A stretch of DNA of 64,000 bases from Phoronis australis (GCA_002633005.1 NMRA01000998.1:1-64000), one strand, 5' to 3'; shown: positions 38,501 to 53,500, counted from the stretch's first letter. Notes: generated from the letters alone by a model not told the origin. Translations and numbers: made by a program.

Positions 38501-41500
38501 ATATGCTATTCGTAAATTGCTTTTTTGTATTTCAGCATAAGTGCTGACAAGATGGCCAGATTGTTGACGCGAATGTGTCTCCAGTCACGGGTGACACCAG
38601 GAGGCGCCACAGTCATGGTGGAAGTGCCGCCAAACCGTGCTGACGTGTTGCATCCCTGTGACATCATTGAGGACGTTGCCATCGCCTACGGCTTTAACAA
38701 CATAGTGCAGACAATACCTAATACCAACTGCATTGCAGAGCAGGTCAGTTAGGAGTGATTACCATGTGATTTGTATAATGTAATAATGTTCTTGTCCGTG
38801 GAGTCAACAACTATAGAGCATTTAAAGTCTTACCAAGCGCACCTTTCAGTCATGTACCTATTCACTGACAAATGCTCCGATTGACAAGGCGGGTACTTGT
38901 CCGTTCTTGACCTAGTTAATCCTAAAGTTCATGGAAGATAACTCAAGTTTAATGACATTATCAGGCGAGGGCATATAATGTTTCATCAAAACCCTACATT
39001 GACCCTAGATACAGTCCTGAAATCATGAATACTCTACCTGGTGAACACTCTACCTGGTGAACATATATTGTGTTATAATCATGAATACTCCACCTGGTGA
39101 ACACATATTGTGTTATAATTTCAAAATGTGATAGACTGATTTATGTACGTATGACCTTTAAGCTTTCATAATATTTCACCAACAAATAATTTTACAGCAT
39201 TTTTAATGGTTGCACACTGTGTTCTGTGTATCCACAAAATTGGAAAATGCAGTTCTGAAAAAAATGCCAGTGAAATAGCTAATGTACATAAATCTTGTTG
39301 AATTTTGATGCTTTGTGGTGGAAACAGCTTATCATGTGTGCAGTTCTGACACCAACCCATCAGTCCGAAATGAGCCCAAAATGCTCGTCGCTCATTCACT
39401 GGGTGAATACTTAAGTTATAATATGTGACTATTCATCTGTATGAATGTGTGTATGTCTCAAATTCATAATTTGAACAAGTAATCTTTAAACACAAACCAT
39501 GCTTCAAATGAAGCAAATGTCAAGAACAATTAATGAAAATATAATTTGGGTTTCGAGTCATGCAGAGAATACAATTTTCTTGTATAAAAATTCTAATTTG
39601 AACCTGGTTTTCATTGATGAGTTTCTCATCTTCATTCACATAATGCATGTTGTTCTCAAAACAAGAAGCCATATAGTGATTATTTTAATTTAATGAAATA
39701 TTCTCGGGTTACATATAGTATATTCATCTGTGTTCTATTTGAAACAACCAAACTCCATGCAGTGAAGAAGTTTTAGATTTCGTATGGCATAAATTTCAGT
39801 TGATAGTCCTGCTCACTGAAATACATTGTGCAACAATGTCCAAAAGTAGTCTAATTGTTGTGTGCATTTCACGCCTTTGGCATTTCAGTTACCAGTCAAT
39901 AAGTTAACAGACCTCCTGCGAATTGATATGGCTGCAGCAGGTTTCACTGAGGCACTCACCTTTGCTCTGGTATGTAAGAAGTTAAAGTTCAGAGGTCGCA
40001 GGTCACGTTTTGTTCACATGTGCCAGTCATTTGCGAGAGTTTGGAATTTGCAATTCTGTTTTATTTTAGTTGTGAGATCTTTGTTGTGCCATCGGCAGAT
40101 GTGGCCTTTGGGTTGTGAAACATTTCCCAAACTCTAGTTAAGTACCCTTCATCGTGTCAAGTAGATTTATGTTCCCATGGATGACAAACTCTACAGTGTA
40201 TGACATACTCTACAGTGTATGACATACTCTACAGTGTATGACATACTCTATAGTGTATGACATACTCTACAGTGTATGACATACTCTACAGTGTATTACA
40301 TACTCTACAGTGTATGACATACTCTACAGTGTATTACATACTCTACAGTGTATGACATACTCTACAGTGTATGACAAAACATCAGATAAAATAATGTTTC
40401 CTTGTCATGACTGCACATGTGTTAACTTAATGTAAGACAACAAGTCTGCGTATTTAGCCAAACATCTGTTTGTAGAAAGCCACAGTTTACTAATCTGCCA
40501 ATTACTGAGTGACGTGACCATGGTAAAATTTAATGAAAAAAGAAATGTACGTTTGATAGAAAAACAATAGTATCAATAACGTGATCAAAATTTTAATGTA
40601 TAAATGTTCAAGATGAGATCTCAAAAACACGTTACGGTTTTCAAAATTATCATTTCATTTCAATCTGTTTTATGCAACTTTGAAGCTTTTTCATGAAACT
40701 TCTAAAAGTCCTATTTTATGATACCACCTCATGCAAAAGTTCACCATTTTAGAAACAACTATTCCTAACAGCATTTTGTAGAAGAGTGCATTAAGTATAA
40801 TATCTTAAAAGATGAATCTCGATCAGCCATTTCTGTGATATCATGTTCCAAAGTTAGCCAGATTGGACATTGTCTTACTTGACCTTAACAGTAAATATGA
40901 CTTGTAATGACTGTTGCGTCATCAAACATTCTAATTACAGAATGTCTTAACTACCTTACTAACTTCCATGTTAATTCCGTTTCATTCTCAGTCATGCAAG
41001 AATGGATGATGAATCCTAGTTTCGCCCAGCCATCATGACGGGGAATTCTGGGTCATTTTTTCTCAGTTCTTTTGATGTGTAGTGTATATGCATGTAATAA
41101 GGCCCATGCGTACGAAATAGTGCAATATGTTACAAAAATGTTTTAGCTCAAGCGTTTGGCAAATAGGTGTGCTTATCTGACTTTCATTTACGTTTACGTA
41201 TGCAGGCATCCTCTGTGTATGTGCATGTTTTAAACTGCCTTTTATCCATTAATAATACTTTTCAATTAGCAGTTAATGTTGAATTGAAAACAAATTGTTC
41301 AGCTTCACTTTCTAAGTGACTTTAAGAAATCCCTAAGTTTACTCACGTAGGCGCATTTGCCTGAATCTGGATACAACTTTGAGTGCAGATGCGTTGGTCT
41401 AAATGCAGACATGTGGTTGGAGAAAAAGGTCTTTGGCAAAAATATTGTCTTGTAACGCCATGGTGGACTTCCATTTCGATCTAACAAAATAACCTTGATT

Positions 41501-44500
41501 CACTGTTAGGTGCTCTGTTTGTTGGTGGAGGTTCTTCAGTGTCATCACAAATCCTCCTTTGGGGATCCTCTTGATTTTGTTCTTATCAATAGATGGCGCT
41601 TCATGAATTGTAATCCAACATCATCTGTTTGGACATTAGTTAATGTACACTGTTCCATCTTAAGGCAATAACAACCGTATTTACTGAAGAGAAAAGCTGC
41701 TCCATTCTGTACTGTATTGTTAAAGATTGAGACAACCAATTGTTATCAATAAATGTATTCGATGTTTTGCAGTGCTCTAGGGAAGACATTGCTGACAAGT
41801 TGAACAGAAAATTGAAAGACACTGGGGCTGTGCACATATCTAACCCCAAAGCTTTGGAATTCCAGGTAATTTATTTTCTTTGCATTTTGAGAAACTGAGG
41901 CTGTTTCATAAAGGGGACATCAGGCTAATGTCTGAAATTTTGTCAAACACTTCCCACACCTGTTTCTGGGAAGTAATTTAATTTCACTTCATCAAATTAC
42001 AAGTCTCAAGAAATATTACATAATAGCTAGCAGTGGAATTTTAATTGCTATCATTTAGCACAGCATTAGTTTGACGTATTTTCTGACTTACCGTATTTGC
42101 CCTAATAAGCGCCCATGCCCCTATATGCGCCCCCCTCCATGCGTTTTCAGACTTTGCTAAAATAAGCGCGCAGCCCGTGAACATGTGTATACATGCGAAA
42201 AATGCCTTACCTTCAATTCTAAAATTCTACGGTAACGTCTTCAATTTATCAATAATATCCGACAGTCCTGAAAAAATTATTGTGCACAGAATTTGTAGAC
42301 CACGAGCCTCATCGCTGTGTCGGTATTTAGCCGTGACTATACACTTCCACAGTGCTTCAAAAGGAACGCAAAAGTTTTGCTGATCTTGCGAAGAATTTGT
42401 CGCACTATGGTCAGGCCTTTCAGAACGAATGCAGCATACTTATCAACGAGATTGTATTGTATCTTTCCCCTACAGATTTTCTCCCTCAGGAATCCAGATT
42501 TCTTTGTACACTAATAAAAAAATTGGCCCGTGTTAAAAGCATGTGGCCAGGAATCGGTCGCTACATACATGTGAACTCAGATGACACGCACGTGCTCGCT
42601 TACTCGGCACACACCTGCATACAAACTTCAAAACAAAAGTCATGTGACAACAACGTGTGTTCATCGCTGTTCGTCCATATTTTTCTCATGTTGTGGGGTG
42701 CGATCTAGTGCAGATTTGGACTTAATCTGAGGTTAATCCCGACTCCAGAGGAACCATTAAAAATCTTAGGGACGTTATTTGGAAAACTAATTAGGATTTC
42801 AGGTAATTTGTCGAATCGAAACTGTATTTTATTCAAGAATTCAAGTTGCCCTATCGACGATCGCGAGGCAGCGACGCATCAGTCGGTGAGTTTTCGCCCC
42901 GGGGTTTTGCAAACAATTATTTGAAAAAGGATATAATTTAACAACAAAGTTTGATAGCAATGTACCACAATTTTGTGGAAAGTCTATCATAGGTTACAGG
43001 TACGTCGCAGATTGTAAATTTGATGAATCCTAGCTTCCGATTTCACCCATTTTGGAGACCGGGTTTTAACCGCCTTAGGCTACAATAACCGTGTCCCCCC
43101 ACCGAATCGAATTTTCTAAGCGCCCTAGGTGCTTATTAGGGTGAATACGGTAAGATTACCGTACTCGTCCGGCTTACCGCCCATGCTCGGCTTACTGCCC
43201 ATGCTTGACTTAACGCCCACTTCCGAAATTTTCAATTTTTCAGTTTTAAGCGCCCATGCTCTGCTTACCGCCAACCCCCAGTTTTACATGATCGAGACTT
43301 CCTTAAAAGTGTCTGTGCTTCTGTGGACTTTCATCGCACAAAACTAAGATTCCAAAATGTGTGCAACTTGCTTACCTTTCAGTGACAATCAATCAGTTTT
43401 AGCGGAACCGGGACCTTGCTTTACTATGGTGGTAAAATACCCGTATTCTCATGCACTTTATTGAAGGCGACACAATTATTTCCTTTGGCTCACGCGCGGA
43501 ACTCATGTCAGTATTTACTGTGTGTTTCCATAATATAGTTGGTGTGCTCGTGTTTTTTCTTATTTCATTGCTCTGGGTGGTGATGTTTTGTGTACTGTCA
43601 CAGCACGTACAGTGAATCACAGCACGTACAGGGAATCACAGCACGTACAGGGAATCACAGCACGTACAGTGAATCACATAAAGGTAGAACACGAACTTCA
43701 AATTCCTGTCAAGTACCGCTTTGCTTGTTTTCCACTGCAATGAAATACATTCGACAAGTGCTGTCTCAGTGATCAGTAAATACTGACACGAGTTCCGAAC
43801 ATGAGCCAAAGGAAATAATTGTGTCTCCTTCAATAAAGTGCATGAGAATACAGGTATTTTACCTTCATAGTAAAGCAAGGTCCCAGTTCCGCTAAAACTG
43901 ATTGACTGTCACTGAAAGGTAAGCGAGTTGCGCACGTTTTGGAATCATAGTTTTTTGCGATGAAAGTCCTCAGAAGCTCAGACACTTTTAAGGAAGTCTT
44001 GATCTTGAAAAATTGGGGGTTGGCGGTAAGCAGAGCATGGGTGCTTAAAACTGATAAACTGAAAATTTCGGAAGTGGGTGGTAAGCCGAGCATGGGTGGT
44101 ATTTGCCCTAATAAGCGCCCAGGGCGCTTAGAAAATTTGTTTCGGGTGGGAGGGTGCTGATATTTTAACCACATCTATAATAAAAAATACTCATACTAGA
44201 ACTAATTGTGCTATAGTTTTTGACGTAACAAGAATTAACAGTCATTTCCTATTTATTTGCCAGGTGGCACGCACAACCCTCCTTCCAGGGATTCTAAAGA
44301 CACTTGCTAACAATAAAAGCATGCCAATACCGCTGAAACTCTTCGAAATATCTGACGTTGTCCTGAAGGATAATGAAAAAGGTAAGTGTGTCACTCTTCA
44401 AGTTCAGTAATTTTCAAGTAATTTCACTCCAAAATAATTGTGAATATCTATATTTCAAAGACTGGGTATTTTTCTGAAAAAACATAATTTTTTATTTATA

Positions 44501-47500
44501 AAAAAGATTGTTGTGATCCAGAAACACTACAAATCTTGTCAACAGATTTCGTATTAGTTTTCAGTTGTTTTTGCTAGATGCTGTGTAATAACAAAGCGGA
44601 TTGTGTCTCGATTAATTGAAAAAATTAAATTATTCAGTTTCAACCTGCAGTGCTAATTGCTTTTAGGATGGTTTTGTAGTCCACATGACATTGAATTTGA
44701 TGTTGAAATTATGGTTATTGTTGAAGTCTCGAGTGTTGCTCTATCAGTCGCATCAAGTGGATTGGACGGATGAGAACTCGTCAACAATATTTCATCTACT
44801 TCCTCATTTGCATTTTAATACCATTTCAGTGATCCATTTGCCTTCATTGTATTTGATAATTGAGTGTAAATCCCAACATAACAGCTCTTCAGCTCAGTTG
44901 GAGTGTACAATAAAACCAAGTATTTACTAGTTGCTGGTATGTGGCTAGATTAATAGCCTCGAATTACCCCCAGTGCTCTACTTTAATTGCTCTTGTCCGT
45001 AAAAATATAACTTTGATCTTTCACCTTAGAAATGGTCCATGCATGAACATTGTGTGATGGTTATGAAACATCCCGTGCGATGCTTAGTTAATAGTGATTG
45101 GTCAGTTCTAGCGAGCAAGTATGCATAACTGATTGTGATTGGTCTGTTCTAGCCACCAAATATGTGTAACCATCTGTCACTGGTCGTTTCTTACTACCAA
45201 AGTACATATGGCCAGAGTTTTGTCAAAGGCTTTGAGTGCACAGATGCAAATTCAGGTCAATGGCAACTATGGTCAATAAGTATTCAGAGTACTTTGGTTT
45301 CATTTGGTGGCTCCCTGAAAGCTTACTAGAACAAAGACAAGTTGTGTTTCTGACATGTGGATTTGTCTTTCAATAGAACGGGTGCACAGGGACTGTTGAT
45401 ATAAAATCCAGCATGATTTAGGCCCTGAAAGATGGATAAGTTTACTCATTTTTTTCTCAGCAACTGAATCAAAAAGTAAAAGCAAGTATACGGTAGATTG
45501 TTGCTTATTAGTATTTTGGATTAGGTCACTTTGGGTATAAAAGCAAAGTGCAACGGACTGAAGTGCATTACATTCACTAGTAAGTGAAGAGCCATTAAAG
45601 CTGCATTTTGACCTGAAAATTCAATAAAGTCCTTTTTCTCTCATAAAATTGGTCTCATAAACTTCTTACCATCATAGGATTCCATCTCCATCATCAACAA
45701 AAACATCAAAGCCATCAGCGACTACAGAAAATGTTTCACAGTTTATTTGGGTTGGCCAACCCTAAAATTGTTTATTCAAAAATGGTGTATACACACATTT
45801 CCTGTGACTTTGAAACCATTAGTGACTCGGGAAAATACTCAGTTTATTGGGATTGGCCAACCCTAATGTGAATTCCAAAATGGTGCAGTACATATGTCAT
45901 GTGACTTGAACTGGTAAGGCATCCTATCACAGTTAGGAATATTATGAAACCAATTTTATGAGTAAAATGACTTTGGGTAATTCAATTTTCATTTGTTAGT
46001 CAGCTAAACAGAGCAAAATGCAACTTTAAAAGTTCAGGTTATGATTTTTCTGAGAATTTTGCACTCTGCAGGGAGGTTTTGTCTGTGGTAAACTAAGGAT
46101 GACTTATAACAGTGTTTGCTTATTATTGACTGAGTCGCAGCAAATTTGGTGGCTCTGTTTTAGAGATCAGACATTACTTGGAACAATTTTGGCAAGACGT
46201 TATCTTCAGTCTGTGAGTGATATATAACATAAATGGTCTTGCAGCATTTTGACAGTTTTTAAACAGGAGATTTAATTTTTCCATGAACTAAGTTTGTGTT
46301 TTCGTATAAGATGTTGCAAGGTACTGTTTATCATGGTTATTTTCTCTCTGTGTGATGTATTGGTTAGACAAGAAGGCATCCATTTTTGACCTGTTTTCTT
46401 GTGGATACAAGTTCCTAAGATTGTAAACACTTATGAATTTTTTTTCAAGTGGCAAACATTATTGATTCTGTGTTCAGTTCTTTCCTTGTTGCTGTTCATA
46501 TTTGTAAGGAGTGTCTGTTATGTTCACTCCCCCTCCTTGAAACTATGCGTAAACAGATAATTTCCTTGTCATGCATGCAACCAGTCTCACTCGATGACGT
46601 CTCGAGGAAACACCGAAATAAGAGGCAATATATGTGTGTCATAAATTACGCCATAAAAAGTTTCAGTCGTTGTTCTCCTGTTAAAAGTACAATCATGTTG
46701 TTTTCTAAACGTCGTAAAAGAGTTATCTTTGTGAAACTTGCTTGTATTAAATATCTTGATTATTAAACTAGGTGTTTGAGTAGACTATTATGAGATGCTA
46801 TTTACGATTCTAAAACTAATATATACCAGTTGTAATGCATTTCTCATTCGAGAGATTTCTGTTTTTTTTTTTCTGTTTCATTTTCTTTTCGTTTCATAAA
46901 TCGGTTCATAATAAAAACTGCTAATTTTAGCCACTGATTATTAGTAAATGGAACAGCAAAGATGGCCTGAAATATTTATTAGTGTAGCTTAGTCATAACT
47001 AAATGCAAGTGTTCCCATTGTGTTACTGACCATATATAGTATTTTGTTTGCAACCTCAGTAAATTTTTTTTCAATGACAAGGCAAAATATTTTTGCAACA
47101 AATGTGAACAGAATTGAAAATAAATAGTAGAAAAATAAAGTGTTTTAGCAACTGACATACTTACTAGAGAAGTAATATTGAGGGTATTCTAAGGGCAGCT
47201 TTATTGTATTTTAAGTTAATGTTTGTAGCCAGCAAACAACAAGTGGACAAGAAAAATTGGTCGTATCATTTCATATTTTCTAGACATTTTTAAAGTTTTC
47301 AAGATTTTACTTCAAGCCATGCGAGCGCAACTTTTGATGGCGTGCTTCGATACGAGATTACATGTACATGTGCACATCCTGGTCTCGCCACTTGCACTAT
47401 TATCAGGAACATTGCTGATTTTGAATTCTTTTGATTTTGCATTTGTTAGAAGAAATAATTCAATTTATGAAGTAAATTATCATTTCTGATTTCCTGCAAC

Positions 47501-50500
47501 TTTGCTACACATGTCCACAGCGAAGCCCACTTGTGTTATCTTTGGCACATTAAACCATCTTGAATTTGTTCTATCAATCTTAACTTAAATGTTTCTTCCT
47601 CCAAGAGCAGTCTTAAGAGAATACTTAGTGATTTCAAACATTTAAACATTTGCAAGATATATTCCACGCTATATTAAGATTGACATATTCATGCACAATT
47701 CTATTAATTCGTACAAAATTTTACAAATTGATTTTTTAAGAGTTCTGTGGTTGTGCAAACTGCTAGATCCTTAATTAAACTATTATTATAGCATAATTAG
47801 AGAAATATACACGCCCAATAAGGGTTCCGAAATTTAAAAAATCCAAATTAGTAAAATAGTATCTATCAATTTTACAAGAAATATTTTGCTAAAAATTAAT
47901 TCATTTTCGGCACCCAGTGTGACATAAAAGTGGAGTTTTGTGCTGTCAAATTTCATAATAAAAAACAATTATATTCCTCTTCATCGTTTATTTGAGCTGC
48001 ATTGTGTTGCAGTCATAACAAAACCTGGTAATGCATCATGATTTTAGTGGTAGTCAAGCTTTGAAAAATTGAACAATTAAAGATTGGGTATTATTTTTGT
48101 GTATTAATGAAATAGATATTATATATATATTTGTGTATTAATGAAATAGATAATACATATATATTTGTAATTGTGAGCCTTCAAAGTTTGTTGGTTTTAC
48201 GTAATTGCTCAAAAACATTTTCTAATGCTTTTTATTCTCATATATTATATATTCACAACATTACCTTTAAACATTTATACAGTCAGCCATAACATTATCA
48301 TGCTGTAATATATCCAATAAATTAAATAAATAAATACAACTGTTCAGGTAAATGTCAATCTTCGTAGAATTTTCATAACATGCAATATGCATGCATTCAT
48401 TGCTGTCCTTTGCAATTCTTCGAAAGCATTTTCTAGCTCCGTGAAATATGCAGTTGTTTGAAATGACTTCAGCCAATTTCAACTTTGTAAGACATAGCAA
48501 TTGGGGCTTTATTCAGGCGTTCATATTCTTGACTTTTTTGGCTATTTGATCAACAAAATTCTTCAGGGTGTGGGTAACTCTGCAAGTAAATGTCACACAT
48601 GTGTAGACAGACATTTTCACTTGCTTACGAACAAGATATCATTTTCAAAAATTACAACATGATGCATTTATCAAAGGGAAATTTGTGATTGTAAATACAA
48701 AATTGTTCGATTAAACATAATGACAATTGCTATAAGCCCCGCCCCAATGCTCAGTCATCTGTTTTTGTTTTTTTTTCAAAATGCATGCTCAAAGCAAAAA
48801 TGTCTTTTCACGAAAATTAATCACATTATTAGTCACATGACTACAAAATATTGTTTGGGCAGCTTTCATTATTTTAGATTGCAGAATACATTATAGGATA
48901 GCAAGGAACAGTTAAAAAATTGGTTGATAAACCATGAGTGGGTTTCACGAAGGTTGGCTATTACCTTAACATGGTGATTTCATCAAGACCAAGTCACTTA
49001 TATATACATGGATCTTCTCTCGATGTCTGAAACGGAGAAATAATAATTCCTCACTGCAAAAACTTTCTGGTAATGTTAGGAGTCCTAGAATGTGTGGTGC
49101 ATGTGGTACGGTTTCCTAACGTACTGCATAAGAATCGACTTCAGCGAGTCTGAATCGGTTAACTGGGAGGGCCTATAGCCCAAGTTATCCGGTTGATCCA
49201 ACTTTAGTCCCAGTCCTAGAAGCCAGATGATTATGTTCATGTTCTCAAGACCTGTAGAGCGTGCCACTATGCGATGCAGGCATGTGCGTCCAGTCCTATC
49301 TACGCACTTGTGTTTTGCTCCACGCGACTTCAAAAGCTTTGCCATGTTTGAGTTGCCGTTGTCTACGGCAAGCATGAATGGGGTTTCGTCATTTTCTGAA
49401 CGAACATTCACCTTCGCACCCTTCTCCAGCAAACTGGTCACCAAGCTTTCGTTGTTGTTTTGCACTGCGAAGTGTAGAGCTGTGAATTTGTAATTGTCAG
49501 CAGTGTTAATGTCTATTTTCTCTCCATTTGCCACCAAGTCAAGTAGAAATTTAATCACATCGACGTTGTTATTGGCAGCCGCTGTTATAAACAGCACATT
49601 TTTGTTGTTCTCAGCACCGTGCGTCAAATACTTCACCAGTTTCCTTGCCAATTTACTATCCTTAAATTTTAGGGCTAATTGGACATACTGCTCGGTTTTG
49701 TCAATTGTAATATTGCGAAAGTGTGGATATAGAGCTTGTACGCTTCTTTTGTTTCCTGTTTTCACAGCTAAGTGCATAGCAGTCTCCCCCTTGGCATTGC
49801 AAATTTGAGCGCCGTTTTCAGTTCTGATGTGACTCAACAATATCTTAACAGTGTCCTTGTGCCGGTATTGCACAGCTCTGTGGAGCGGCGTATTTTCACT
49901 TATGTCCTGGACACAAACCTGGTCTTTTTCACAATGTTGACTCAGCAGGAGTTTGCACGTCTCCGCAAACCCGCGCAAAGCAGCGCAGTGTAACGGCGTC
50001 TCTCCTGCCTTGTTCCTCCAGCTCACAAAGTCATGTTCTTCCTTAAATAGCTCCTTCAGGGCAGCTGTGCATTCCCCGTCAGTTCTCAACTCATTCAGAA
50101 TTTTAAATATCTTGCTGTCAGCAGAACTCTTGACAGATTCCTGCCGCCTGAGTCTCTCAATTTCAAATAATCCACTATTAGCCCTCTTTCGGTGTAAACT
50201 CATGTCTCTCTCGTGGTTGTAAAACTCATTAAGAATGCTGTGGCTTAACTCAGATGAATCATCATTGTTGTTTTCATCCCCACTGTCACCCTCTTCATCA
50301 CTTGCTGAATACCCAGACTCCATCTTGTGGTCATTTTCTGAGTATTCAACCATGCTGTACCCATCGCCATCAGTGTCATCTGAATCATTTTCATTGCTGT
50401 CTGTTTCTCCGTGACTGTCAGCATTGTCTAACTCTTCCCAAAGAACGTGTCTCTGTGTGCGAAAGTCGTACGATTCGCATATTCTCCACGTTGGCAAGAA

Positions 50501-53500
50501 TTTGGAATGTTCCACATCTTTGTCGTCATTTTCTTCTTCAGAATCACTCACTTTTTGATTCAAGTAAGCCGTGTTCATGCTCTTTTTACCTACAGTCTCA
50601 TAGTTGAAACTTATTTTGCTATTTTTGTCAGTCTTCGTAAATTCATCTGAGAACTCAGCACGTATTAACTTTAAAGAGTTGTCTGCTGGAATATCCACCG
50701 ACAAAGGTTTCAGTTCCCTGCTGTTTGTAAGCTCTCTTTCAGTTGAGTGGGAGGTTGTAGTGCAGTTATTGTGGTCTTTGTGGGAATTGGTAACACAGGC
50801 ATTTCGTTCATCCTGACTATGGGCAGTGGGAAAACTGTCACACATGTTTTGGCTACCATGGTCATCCAGGGCAAAACATGACTGAGACCTCTGTTTGTCC
50901 TTTCCCCCTTGTTTTGCTAGTTTTTGTAGTCTGGCCAAGTCTGACGCAGGCATAGACAATGGTGCCATTGATCTGCTACGGCGATTGTCTTTGAACCGGT
51001 TGCGCCGCATCGGGGGACTGGTCTGCAGGCATTTAGCAATAAGCGGTTGTGAGACATGCCTGGCGATCTTGGGTAATTTGATGCCGCTGTCAAGCAGCGT
51101 GTCCATCAACTCGTATTGCTTTCCCTTGTTCATCATCATGTAATCAAATGCAGTTAGTCCGTGGCGGTCCCGGGCTGAAATGTTGACTCCGCTTTTCAAC
51201 AGAATTTGCGCTACCTCTATAGTTTCCGGTGCATAGTTGGCCATGATGCAGTGTAGCACTGTTTTGCCCTCGGCATCAGCAATGTTGGGATTGGCCCCAT
51301 TTTCCAATAGTTTGCACACTTTTGTCAGCTTATCACATGTGAGAGGATCTACAGCGGCATGTAGTGCCGTTTGTCCCTTCTTGTTCTGAACTGTAGCTTT
51401 GGCACCTAGCTTCAACAACAGTTGCATAGTTGACTTGGGATTGAAGGTTTTACACAGCAACGTTGCCAAGAACAAGGCTGTCTCACCATTATTATTCTGA
51501 ACATTCACCTTGATGTGGGCAGTTTTCAGCAAGTACTTTGTCAGCTTATAGTCCTGCTGCACAACACTCATGTGCAGCATCGTTGCCCCCTGTTGGTTAA
51601 TGCTGCAGTTCACGTCCAGGCTGCTGTTCACAAAAAGTTCAATGATCTTCGTGTTCCCTTTTGCATTTAGCACGGCCGTTTGTAGAGGACACCATCCAAG
51701 AGCGTTTGGCATGACAGCTATCGTGTTGATTCTATCAGCATTGCGTTTAATGATTTCTTTTACTGTCCGCTCAATTTTCTGCTCAATGCAATCATTGATG
51801 GTATCGACAAGGACTTCAATGTTGTCCAAAGCCATTGTGTTGACTTGTTTGCCATCATAAAGCCAATATCGTATTTATATATGCCTGTCGCAGACCACTT
51901 GTGATGAAAAGTGTCGTAAAATTGCACACTTGAGATAGGTGCAGCTGCAATTCCATTTGTCATGCGGTGTTGTTTATCCTCAGTTGGGCTACTGAATGGT
52001 TAACAGCCCGCTCCCCAATGTTTCAGTTTGGGAGGGAATTTCCTGACCTCTCCTATTTCACTCAATCCTAATTTGTTTTGTTTTCATATGAGTTTATCAG
52101 CTGAAGTTTACAAGTTTGTTAATTGGTTTCATATTGAAGTCATAAACAAGCCAACTCCTTGGTTTTCACTTGAGATAATGAAATTGGTAAAAGTCAAAGT
52201 GACGTCAAAAGTGATGTCACTTGAATGAAAAAGTACCATATGACTGTAAATGTCATATGGTGGCTAGATGTATGTTGGCCTGACTGTGAGAGGACACTGA
52301 ACCTTTGTTGAGTGCCATGTCATTACAAGGTTACTAAACCCTGTTTCACCGATTTCAACCAAAAGTTGCTCTGTTGGCTGCTATCATGTGACTACTGGTG
52401 GTAAAGCATTAATTCAGCCTAAGCACTGTGTCACACAAAGTAGTGTTTATCCAATAGTGAATTTAAGGGCAGAAGTACCCCACTTTGGCCAGGGACAAAA
52501 AAATGAAAATGACAGAATTTTGGCATTGGTTATGTTGTGGCTTATGTGTAAGTGTACTTTTGTTTGTGTGTGCGTGCGTGTGTGTGTGCGTGTGCGTGCG
52601 CGTGTGTGTGTGTTGGCGGTGAGCAGATATACACAAAATGAAAAATGTTGCCCCCTCATGATATCCTCTATCTGCCCCTGTTCTCTTGCCAAAGCTTTAG
52701 TAAGGTTTGACGGTTCAACTATTGACCAGTTTTCACTTATGCAACTGGCATTTCTCAATTGACGTGTTATGTCAATTCCACTATGAAATTATTGCCTGTG
52801 TGAAAAACGGTGAATACATAGGATTGACTGTCTTGACAAGCTTCTCGTGAAAATGAAAATATGATTGTGTTGAGCAACTGTTGGGACCATCTTTTGAACT
52901 GTAAGTTGGTTACAGTTAATTCCCATCCCATTTAGCCCACAATATGGCAGACCAGAGAATTTTTTCTGAAATTTCTCAACTTAAGATTTGAAAAATGTTC
53001 GTACTGTCAGCTTCATTTGTTCTATATAGATGTCCAAAAGCAACATGTGGTGAAGTTTCCGTTATTTGTACCAATGAAGGTAACCTCCCTTTGAAAATCA
53101 AAAATGACAAGATAGTAATTATAATAATTTTTGTTCAAAATAAGAGAAGAAGTGCCACAATTCATGTATTGAATGTTATGACAGAGCGTCAGTTTGAGGC
53201 AGCGTCAGTTTGAGGCAGCGTCAGTTTGAGGAAGCGTCAGCTTGAGGCCACGTCAGTTTAAGAATGAATTGGATTCAAGCTGTTTTACTATACTAATTTG
53301 TATTTTGTTGCAGATGTCGGTTCATGCAACCATCGTCATCTCTGTGCTGTTTACTGTAACAAGACTCCAGGCTTTGAAATAGTAGTTGGTCTGTTGGACC
53401 GCATCATGCAGTTGTTGGAGGTGCCTGCGAATAAAGATAATACCGGTTATCACCTAGAGGCTGCCGACGGTAAGACAGATGGCTAGTGCTCAGAGAAATC

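Noticed and set aside
41021-41058. C-box ATGATGA with a terminal stem in FARSB intron 12
   Set aside because: The D box is CTGG rather than CTGA, the interval is too short and no guide was identified.
49227-51860. Several + strand ORFs of 67-117 aa
   Set aside because: Antisense shadows of the ankyrin CDS.
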